Below are positions 12,732 to 23,700 of a stretch of DNA of 64,000 nucleotides, in pieces. The notes under the pieces are model-generated. The model saw only the letters and a list, made by a program, of their open reading frames with translations, was not told the DNA's origin and searched no databases. Within the stretch, counting starts at the first letter, position 1; each line of letters starts with the position of its first letter. Made by a program: the position numbers and the translations under genes. This stretch comes from Ramazzottius varieornatus (Eukaryota; Animalia; Tardigrada): NCBI GenBank assembly GCA_001949185.1, contig BDGG01000001.1:3179324-3243323 (forward strand), read 5' to 3'.

Positions 12732-14167
12732 ATGCGTTCCTTCATCGCCCTCGTAGCTCTGGTCTCCTGCGTCGCGGCCCAGAATGTCGGACGACAGCAG
12801 TATGTTTATGACATCATCAGACCGCAGCTCGATGCCGCCTCCGTGGTAGACATCCTTTTGAACGCCCAGCCCGGAGTCACTTACCCAACCTATGCTGGTA
12901 TCCCTCAGACCAACTTTGCCTGTCCCGCTCAGCCCGGCTTCTACGCTGACGTCAATGCCCAATGCCAAGTTTTCCACCGGTAAGTCTTGTCTGAACACTG
13001 GGTCTCGTTAACAACAGGAAGATACACATGCGCGCATGACTGACTATTATTGCTATTTCAGATGTGATATCAACGGTAACATTACGTCTTACCTCTGCGT
13101 CAACACAACCCTCTTCAACCAGGTAGGTTTCTGGCATCCCTCAAAGATTTCGCTTTCCATCCTCAGTTCACTCAGTCACTTCTTTCCGATGTTCTCCATG
13201 TAGATTACGCTCGTGTGCGATTACTTCTGGAACGTCGACTGCCCAGGGTAAGCTTATACTAATAAGGACGAGATTAAGAAGTTACAGAACATTTTGATAT
13301 TGCTACTGCACTTGTACTAACCGTTGTCTTCTTTAAAGTCAACAGCAGTACGCCAGCTTTGCCAACTCCCGTCTGTACACTGATCAGCAATTATTCGGTG
13401 GGTCACTTCCCGTTCCTTTAATCCAAACTGCAACCAAATACAAATTTTTGCTTTCGAAAAACCATTTTATTAAACTCTTTTCACAATGTACAGATACTCC
13501 TCCTGCTGACTACGTTGCTCCCAGCCAACTTTTGGCTCAACAACAACAACAAGAACAGTTGAACGGTCAAGCTGCCGCAGCAGCTCAGGCTGGACAAGCC
13601 CAGGGAGCCACTCAGGGGCAAAAAGCACAAGGAAACCGCATCCAGGCTCGACCCCAAGTCATCGGAGCCCAAGCTGGTCGTCCTCAGACCAACCAGGGAC
13701 GTTTGACCGTTAACACTCAAACCGCTAACAGCAACCGATTCGTTGGTCGTGCCGGAGCGATTGTTGGTACCGGCCAGAACCAAGTCACCGGTACTCAGGC
13801 CGCAGGCGGAGCTTTTGCCCAAGGAAACACCGCAACCAGCACCAACTCCCGACAAGGAGCCGCCGCTGCTGCCAACGCTAACCTGCAAGGTACCACCACC
13901 ACCCAAATCACTACCGGTGGCGCCGCCGACCAGACCGCCGATCAAGCCGCCACTGGAGCTGATGCTGCAACTGAAGGCAACAGTGACGCCGCAGCTGGAG
14001 CCGAGCAAGCCGGAACTGGTACCGCACTGAATGTTGCCCTCCTAGGAGCCAATGGGCAAACAAGCGCGGCCCAAATTAACCCAGGCCAGACCGCCACTCT
14101 CCAGGCTGGTGGCACCGCCGTTTCCGCAACAAACGCCGGTGGAAACGCCCAAGTTACTGCACAGTAA
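12732..14167 (+). CDS. Secreted chitin-binding type-2 (CBM14, CPAP1-like) cuticular protein with Q/A/G/T/N-rich tail
   Basis: Signal peptide MRSFIALVALVSCVAA, then YPTYAGIPQTNFAC...PGFYADVNAQCQVFHRC...SYLCVNTTLFNQITLVCDYFWNVDC (six-Cys ChtBD2). Five exons starting at 12732, 13062, 13204, 13339 and 13494. Confidence 0.9.
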
Positions 14168-14453
14168 ATTTCACTGATGTTGTTCTGAGTCAGATAGCTT
14201 ATTTGCCTACTTCTTCCTTCTGTTTCTTTACTGCCCAGACGATTTGCAAAGAACGAACTTCTTGTCGACTTCCCGACACCGTTCTATCAGAAATGCATGG
14301 TGATGGCCCAAACGTTCATCAATTCGAGTAAATCTTTTCTCTCTCAGTAAAACAGGCTGTTTGGTAAACTTCTAGAGGTAGTCAGTGATACTGAATGAGT
14401 GCACAGAGACCGTGGGAAACCCAATGACCACATCTGCGATCCCATCAGGGTCT

Positions 14454-17400
14454 TCATGCAGAAGTTTTCCCCACCAGCCAGTACTGCAACAAAAATCACG
14501 TCTTGACTAATGCAAGCTTCCGTCATACTGTACTTTTTTTCTGTCCGATAGACGAACTTACTGTTTCCATTGGTCCTTTACCCTATAGAACGAGGAGGAC
14601 ATTGTCAGAAACTATTATCATCAATTTATGCTTCGAAAAGAGGAACTGTATGAGGGGTGGGTGAGTGTGTACCTTGACGTTCATGGTACCACGTAGCACC
14701 ACGACAAATTCTTCAAACTTATCCAATAACTCTTTAGCCGTAGGACTACAATGGATTTTCCCAGCTGGAAAAAACAACCGTGTAATGTTCGCACGGCGGT
14801 AAATGATTCGTATTTGGTTCTAGATAATTTGGCTGTAAACCCATTCAGATAAATCTTATCGCACCTTCGCCGTGAGACTCCATTCGGCTAGACGTATTGA
14901 CAGTATCTCCAAATCTGCAAAGAGAGTCATTAATAAGAATCTATTGACCCTTCCGGGCAAAATCACCATCAAATCACTTACAGACAATAACGAGGCATTT
15001 TTAACCCCACGACCGATGCCACACAGGGTCCTTCAGCACAGACATAAATCAAGATAATCGTGGATAGTATCGGGGTATGATTTTTTTATTACACAGTGTT
15101 GACATTGATGGCTTACCTGAATTTATTCCAACACGTAACCGAAATGTTACATGCGGTGCCGCAGCAAGTTTCATGCTCCCCACTTCCTTCCGTAATACGA
15201 GAGCCATAGACGCAATTTGTTCGATGTGATTTATGCCATTGCGGATCGGAAGACCCGACACAATCTGCAAACAAGCGGTTAACATCGCACTCGGAAGTGA
15301 GAACCTCAGGAAGTCACGTACCATGTAGGCATCACTAACTGTAAAAAACCCCCCAGAAAATTACACCAGACTTGCGCTGCGTCGAGAGAGTAATGGAGAT
15401 AGTCTTACCGGTCTCCACTTTAAAGACATCGTAATCAGGAATAATGTTATCACAGACATCGTACAGTCCATTAAGAATGTCTACAATTTGTAGCGGAGAC
15501 TGCGTTTGCTCCACAGCTTCCGTGAATCCATTGACATCGCTGAAGTACACAGTGGTGCTTTCGAACGCTGCAAAAGAGAACCAAGTAAAGGCCTACATAG
15601 AACATTTATCCGAAAAAGCAGCGTACTTTCTGGAAGAACAGTCCGCCCTTTGGTGAGAGCGTCGGCAATGGTTCTGCGTACAAAAGTCATGGTCAGTTTC
15701 ATCTTAGGAAGCCGAGTGTTTGCGCAGATATCGCGAAACGTACTTCGGAAGCATTCCGGACAGAATGTCCGCTGAACGTTGCTTCTCCAGCATAAACTGT
15801 TTCATCTGTCGTTCGACTTCGTGCTCCAGACTAACGGCATGCTTTTCCATTTGGTGGATCAGGTAGTCGACGATGTTGTCACCGCTCCGTCCTACTATCT
15901 TGATTATGGATTGTCGGAGCTTTATGAACGGCGGTCTTACAGCAGGGTCTTCGTCCCAGCAGCTTTCCAGCAGCGGGTGAAAACCTTTGGGGCAAGCGGA
16001 CAGAGGGACCGGTGGTCGAAACTGAGGGACCAGTCCTCGGCGAACTTCGAGTACTATGTCCTTCCATGCCATTTGCTCATGCTCAGGGTCCTTCTTATGA
16101 TGAGAGTGCGACGACTTCATCTGGTAGGGGTCGCTGCGGAGAATGATCTGCTGCAGCAGGATGGCAAAACTATACAAGAAAAAATTGATAACAGTCCAAG
16201 ACTGTATCTATTTCATTTTAATTTTTATTGATATTGTTTCAGCTTACGTTTCTTCTAGAATAACTTTGGTTTTGAGCACTCTTACAAAAAATTTGTAATT
16301 GGGACGTCCGCGGATGATGCGGACCAGATTTTTCCCTAAGTGGCGCCCATTTTTAACCAACAATAACGAAGACGTGCGCCACTTGAAACAAAAATCTGGT
16401 TCAGTTCCTTTGCACAGGTTCCCGTTCTGTTTTGTCTTATTCATTATATTTATTTCCACCTGTAAACGTCGCCTTTCTGCGTCCCATAGGCAGGCATGAG
16501 CCGTCGCAAATGCTCGGGAGCTCTCCATAACAAAGCCCGGTAGTCACGGTCCTCCGTTTGCTGTGAGACCGGCTGTTGATTGCTGTAGTCGCGAAGGGAC
16601 CGGAGTCCGATACCGGTGATCTTTAGGACGAACCGGCTGTCTATCAGGCAGTTTTCATCACTGAGTGCTCCGTGCGATCCCAGTCTGGTTCCGTGAAGAT
16701 ACGTCATGCCATTCACGACATCTTTGATCAGCGAGTTCTTGAACTCCCAGTCCAGGTTCATGTGCTCGTCCGCTATCAAGTCGCGCAGAGTACCCTTCGG
16801 GCAAACTTCCCCGACGATATACTCGCAGATGTTCGTTTCATCCACCGCGATGCCGACGAACTTTTGGATGTTGGGGTGAAGCAACGCCCGAACCTGCAAT
16901 CACACCTGGATAACTATACCGCTTGCTTTGTAATTTCCATTTGAAATCAGGCGGAAGTAGCTCTTCACCTGTAACCAAATTTTTATCGTTATCGGAACCT
17001 TACTTGAGCAGCTTCACTGGCTAAGTTGTTCGGAGCTCGTCGTAGGGGTTCAGGTAATGGTTGAAGACTAACGCTCTGACCGTGGTAGCTGGCGGTTTGC
17101 CCAACCATTTCCGACTCTGGATGCTCCAGAGGGTCCTCCTCATCGCCTGTTTTTAGAGCCTAACAAATGATTATTATGGAATAACTTTACACTAAATCAA
17201 AGAAACGAAGCTCAGTGCATGTATGGTTTACTTTTGGGTCTGCTTCTGCTGATTTGTGGCTGTGAACGCTCTTGGTCAGTGACTTTGACGAAACCGCAGG
17301 ATGCTTTTGGGCGGGAAAGTCCAGTTCGAATGTGAATATCCTCCACCAATAGGGGTCGCTCTGGCCGTCGAAAAACCTGCAGGAAGGCGAAACCGGTTAT

Positions 17401-19986
17401 GCATGTGGCTGTCACAGTTGTTGCATCCGACAACACTAACTTACCGTTTGACGACAAAAACGGCCACAAAAGTGACTGCGAAGAGTAGAACCACTGGAGT
17501 GACTACGGAGGCTATCAGTCCTCCTGTTTTCATCGCCGCTGCTTCTTGTAGGCAGACTTGGCTGTCACCGTTGAAGCCACATCGAGGTGTATTCGGCGGC
17601 AAGACATCACTGCCTCCCCATTCGATCCTGCCCAAGACCCGTATGGATTTTGTCTTTGCCGGAAAAGTTATGAGGGTCTAGGAGGAAGAAGATGCTTGTT
17701 AGTACTTCACTGAGTACCCACTGTAGTGCCACATGCGCGAGCTGCACTGTACCCCATATTTTCCGGACTTGTACTCCATGCTTCGCATAACGTAGTCAAA
17801 TTGCCTATCACTATGGTCGTTGAAGCTCACGTTCCCGTTGAGGGGACTATGAAACGTGAAACCCGCACCTACAAACCTACAAGGAAAAACTTTTGTAGTT
17901 TACCGCAATGATGCCGGGACTAGAATTTTTCTTACGAGGCAAACTCGTGTCCGTCAAGAAAAGTCAGGTTCGACGCCAGCATGGACCTGACGACGCTGGC
18001 ATACATGACCATGGCATCGTAAAAGTGCGTTACAACTGGATCGATCTATAAGAGAAAACAATGGCCATTGCTGTTCTCACATTGGTGGACTGTGTCAGAA
18101 GAAAATGAATTGGCCGTAAAACTTACAACTTTGTGATTCTTGAAAGTGTAATTGTAGCGCGACATGGAATAATCCAGTACCTTCCGCCAGAATTCAGCTA
18201 TGGCGTCGTTGATATTGAACTCAATGGACAGGATCATAAGATATTCAAAGGCTTCCTTGGCGGTCTATAAAACAACAAACTTCCGATCGACATTTTAACC
18301 AAAGGCCGAAGAATTCTCCATCCTACCGGATCGTACGAATCGTTCCTATACCAGTCGTACGTGCCCCAAATTCCACTCGGATACATTTCCACAGTTATGA
18401 AAACCTGAAGGGACAAACAACCGCTACCAAAATCGTCGTTTCGAACTCATACTGACCTTTCTACAGCGTTGAAGGTGCATCCCTTCCGGTGCCAATTTTG
18501 ATTAGTTTGATGGTTCATAAGTGAAATACATGTGCTGTAGTCTTGTAGACACAACTGTAAATCAAGAATTTGCTCCGGCAGGGGATGCACTTTCAACACT
18601 GTACGCTTACGAAATCTCCGTTGGCGATCCCCACTTCCCGGGCTACAATCTGCAAAAACTGAAAGTTTTCCACTTGTTCCGTAGAAAGATCTGTACATTG
18701 CAAAGGTGCACGGCGGGGAGCTAGAAGCTGGATTTGGGTGGGCGCGACCCGACCATGGGGTCGCGCCCACCCCAAGCTGGATGGAAGGTTTGTAAACAAT
18801 CTTGGATCGATCGTTATCTCAAGTGGCGCAGTTTTCTTTGTAACTGGCTAAAAACGTGCGCCACTTGAGATGGCAATCATCCCGAGATGGTTTGCCGGTC
18901 CCCCATATCTTACCATAATTCTTCTAACAGTGATAGCATCAGCGCAGATGACGACCACTACAAAAATTCGAAGATAACTTCTCTCGGATAAACCCCTGAG
19001 TACGAGAAGAACAGAAGTGAAAACAGACAAACCTCTCGATGATTCACGTGCTTTCCGGAGTAACTCTACGATGGTTTTGCGCTGTAGCCCTTCGCTTTCA
19101 AACTTCACGAAATTACTGGTATAATATTCCGTCGGATCTCTCTGTCGCATGGTGGATTGCATCAAGACCCCCATCTGCTGGAAGAAGTTGATGGAAGTGT
19201 CTTGGAAGATAATCGGAGATGTGTAACTAGGAAAATCCGCTCCGGTTACGAAAGCTCGTTCACCGATACGGCAAGAGAGCACGCAGACTTACTTGAAGTG
19301 GTGAAAGAATAATAAAAGGCAGTCCGTCACGGTCGAGTACGTGATGGAGATCCGGGAAATGACGCCTAAAATAAGATGTTTTTTGTTCTAACAGATCACG
19401 TTACAGAAAATGGACATGGTATATCAACGTACGATAGTCGGAGATTGGCGAGGAAAGACCCACACCGGCAGCCGGACATCCAATAATCGGTATGTCGTAA
19501 AACTCGGCAAAGTCATTGAGGGACTCCGCTGCCAGTCCGCAACCTATGAATAAGGTTTCCCGTGTCAAAAGACCTTCTAAACGAACCGACGGAAACATGG
19601 AGAGTACCTGGTCCTATGAAGACGTCGCACTTGGTACCTTCTTGCAAAAGACTCATGGCATGTCCTACCACGTGGTTCTTCCCCGAACAGATCTGCCCGA
19701 TGTCCCGATACAACACATGGATACGATAGTCGGACGGAACAATGTAATCGTTTGAGTACTCGGTGGCCATTTCAACAGCGACTTGCGAGCGGTCATAGTC
19801 GTAAACTGTACCAAAAGTATCCCGCTCTGCGAAGACACACGCTGTCAAGACCTTTGAAGCGATCTGGCGCTTCGAAAGCGCTCGAGACCGATTGTAGTCG
19901 GGCGGAGGATAGTGCGGCCATGCGGCGACCCAGCGCCAAAACGCCGATAAAAGCAACCAAAAGTACAAGAGCTTTAGTGGGAACAT
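14454..19986 (-). CDS. Receptor-type (NPR-like) guanylate cyclase
   Basis: Signal peptide, ANF-receptor ectodomain (CDVFIGPGCG), TPRCGFNGD plus TM helix, kinase-homology domain (HPNIQKFVG, HGALSDENCLIDSRFVLKITG). The cyclase domain reads [51 protein letters not shown]. Confidence 0.92.
16338..16384. repeat. Copy of dispersed intronic inverted-repeat element
   Basis: AAGTGGCGCCC-N25-GTGCGCCACTT in guanylate cyclase intron 16170-16459. Confidence 0.8.
18736..18772. repeat. Perfect GC-rich hairpin (15-bp stem, 7-nt loop)
   Basis: GGGTGGGCGCGACCC-gaccatg-GGGTCGCGCCCACCC, intronic. Confidence 0.85.
18816..18871. repeat. Copy of dispersed intronic inverted-repeat element
   Basis: ATCTCAAGTGGCGCA...TGCGCCACTTGAGAT (15-bp perfect arms) in a guanylate cyclase intron. 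Confidence 0.85.
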
Positions 19987-20727
19987 TGTCCGAAAGAACC
20001 ACCCGGAAATAAATCGAACGATAACTCCAGCCACTAACTTCGAGATCTCTGAAGTTCCACGCCGACAGGCGCTGGACTTTATGCTCATCAGAAGCACTTT
20101 GTAAAATTCATGTAAAACTATTCTAATACTTACAAACGTGTTTGCGGGAAACATCTTCACATGTCAAAAGTGGATGACCTCTGAGCAGCTGAGCATAGCT
20201 TTTATGCCAACGGGATAAGCGAGTTTCAGACCGTAAAAGCTTAAACTAATGTTTTTATGTACGAAAGCTTTTAGGCTTGTCGACGAAGCTAAATGTACCC
20301 AGTAGAGTGTCGCATCTGATTACGCAAACGAATCGATTGGAAATGCAGCCGCAACAGACAATGTATGTGGACAAATGACCCAGGTGTGTAAATGATCTTC
20401 CCATCAAAACACTGCACAAAATCAATGGCCCTTGTCATGACCGGAAACGCCGCACTTTACCCCCAAGCTATCATCAGAGTGTCGTTTTAACGCTAACCAA
20501 GAAATTACGACAGTTTGTCGCGCGTGCTCCTGCCTATTTTCTACACGACAATCTACTTCGTTACCTTAATCAGCGAAACTGAAACTTCCAGTGCGCTTTG
20601 CTTCAGTTTTCTAATCGATTTTTTTGCATATTGATATATCGTTTTTGGGGTGTTAGTCAAAGAGACCGACATCCAGTATAACCGGGTAAAAAGAAAATAC
20701 TGCTAAAGAAATTTTCAGCTCATTTTT

Positions 20728-23700
20728 TCACTGGTCGGGTTGTATAATAACAGACGGCATCAGTACATAGATTTGGTCGGACGAATGAAGCCGAACATGG
20801 CCAGGAGGGTTTGACGCCACATAGCGCTTCCCCCTGTGGGACTTCTTGACCTTCTTTTCTTCCGTATCCCTCTCCAAGAGATACAAACCCATACATATCA
20901 TGTCGTAATTGACTAGCGCATACGACCAGAGATCAGCATATGTGAGACCCTGCCAAACAAAACCCCCTTTTTGGAGTCGACAGTCGAACCGTTCCACAGG
21001 CCGGAATTAGACGATGGAATAACAACCACACAGTACCCGAATAAGGCGTCGGCAAATGACCTTAACATGGTCGCTATCCCAAGTAGCGCATGTTCCCATT
21101 GTCCTTGGCCGGATGCGTGCGTCACTTAGGAAAACGATCCCTGATCAAGTCAGTGGCCGACGTCGTGCATAACAAGGGCGTTTGTCCCGATACTCGGAAC
21201 AGAGCTCACCTCAAGGCGCTGAAACATCTCGTGCTTCATGCTCATCAGCTTCAGCTCGATCTTTAACCTTCGAGAATTAGAGGATATGGTGGTCCAGTTG
21301 ACGCCCATATCGTTGTCCATGTCATCCAGGTCTCCGCTTTCACCTCCCACCAAACCGATACCTTCGGCGAAAGCTCTTTCAAACTCGGTGGACTCGCCTC
21401 CGTAGATCAGCTGCGTGAAGGACATTGCTAGACCCGGATTATAAAAAATCTGTAAAAAATACCACATGTTCAAGATTGCCCTTCTGAGAAGCCATAATTG
21501 GACCTGTTTCGCAAGTCAAGTTTTTGGCTTGCACAGCATAAGTACAGGTTTTATGCTGTGCAGTTATCCACGGCTTGTGTTTTTCCTAATATCGCTCCCC
21601 AGAATTTCAAATTCTGTGCAAGCTGAGTTGATTGTACTATTGACCACTTTGGTCGAAATTTTAAATTTTGGTGGAGTGGCGCGTGATCAGACCAATCAGC
21701 GAATTGGACTTGGCGCGTCAAGTGATCCGAGCTACACGCCTCTCCCACATTGCGCCACTTGACTTTCGCTCTCGTTCCTTCTCGAAATCCATCATGTTTT
21801 CGACCGAAACTAGCTTCGAAGTTAGGAAGAGATAATTGTCTTCCCGAAACTATCGCCAGAAAAAGCGAAAGAAGTCCGGGCTTTATCCAGTAGAGGGCTA
21901 AATGACAGGCCCCGCGAATTCCGATACCCTGCTGAACTCGCGCGGCCTAATATCCCTTATGCTAATATTCTGTGCCGGAAGTGAGCAAACCGCGAAACGG
22001 TTTCTGCACAGCAACTGACAGTATAAAATCATGAGATTTTATTCTATTCAGAGCCGAAACGTGACTTGCGAAACAGGTCTATTATGTGTTAGCGTTTCAA
22101 GAATACAATCCTTACCGAAGTCATCATCGAGTCTAATGCGGCGGAAACCACAACTGAGCCCGACCTGGAGAGAACAGTGGAACAATATTATGGTGGTTCC
22201 TCACATGAAATGCCGTTTTTCTTTGATCGTTCCACTGAAGTGCAATACGCACATGTGAGCAAAGGTGTATCGGAAGTCCAGGTAATTTCGGTCTTGAGAC
22301 AAGAACCGGACGCTCCGTTCGTACTCTGCAAGGTCGACAGTTAGGACTACAGTCAACCTCCGGAGGTTGCAAACTGATGCTTAATGTGCAGACTACCGAG
22401 AGAGGATATGATGGGGATTTCGGTTCCATAAAGGTACGGGAAACACCCGTCGTAAGAAGGGTGTGATGCACTGTCCGGCGCGTTGGTATCGGTGAACTCC
22501 AGTGCCTTAATGTTCAGCGTGGCCACAATCACATCCCTATCAGCTAACACCAGGTCTTCAGAGGTGTCAATCTTTGTCGCCGAAAGACCCCCAGACAGTA
22601 TAACACACATGTTGCATCGGTCGATGTAGCAGGCGCGAAGTGCCGCAATGACCGTAGCGCTTCCCTATCGGCAGACGGCCATCAGTCATGCTTAGACGGA
22701 AGCTATGAAGAGTAACGTGTGGGAGACTTACTTCGACGATGTAGAGTTTGGGCGTAGTGTTTATGAAGTGCCATTCTAGGCGGATCACTTCGGCATTCCC
22801 CAGGATGACAATGTCCTTCAGGTCTTCGTACGGAAGGACGCTAGAGCGCAGCGGAAGGATGATGTCGTGAATGCCGGTGGCGGGAGACTGTCCCTCCGCC
22901 AGCATGCAGATTAGCATGTGGTCAGAGAATATGCGGATGGCCGCTTGGTCGAGGGACTGTAAAGACCGCAAACCATGGACCGTGACAAAGAGGTCAAGAA
23001 GCTTCGAATTTGACGTACCATGACGCAGTCTTCAAAGTTCTGCGGAGGAGTCCACCAAAACATTCCTGTTGCACAACACAAAAGTGTATTCTTATAGTTC
23101 GGTCCAGAGCAATGTTCGAGGAAACTCTGTGATCTGAGTACCTGTGGAATCGAACATCGGTTTCGTTCTTTTTGCCATCATCAAAGCTTCCGCTTGGTCA
23201 GCCGGTCTTGATATACTCCGTTTGAATTGCATCAAGACTGCCTCAGATAGACCTGGATATAGGAGCGGGTATGTTAAGTGTACAGCAACTTATTCCTTCA
23301 CGATATCGTGTAGTTTCGATCTCTCACTTTTGCGGGGTAGCTTCATCCTCTCTTCTGTAGTGAAACTAGGTCTACGATCTGTGAAGAAGCGTTTATTCAT
23401 AGAGTTGGCGTAGCAGGAGCTCCGTGGTCCCATAGAGGTTTCCGGCCTGGGCATGTTGTAATCAATGGCGTTGTTGGCGAAAGAGGCTTCGGGAACGTTG
23501 ATGTTAGGCTTATCCGGGCCGGAGATTTTGACAGTTGGCGCTTTGTGTTTTCCTAAAAGAAAGCGGAGCAATGTGTCAACAGCTTTAATGGACGTCAACA
23601 GGACCTCACTTTTCATTTTCCATCGTTGACAGTGACACTTCTTCATTTTTTCCGGATTGACGTCAGGGTGACACCGATCGCAGTAGATACTGGCTCTGTA

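Noticed and set aside
13448-14167. Possible Dsup/CAHS-type tolerance protein
   Set aside because: It is the last exon of a secreted CBM14 protein and lacks the basic Dsup C-terminus and CAHS helical motifs.
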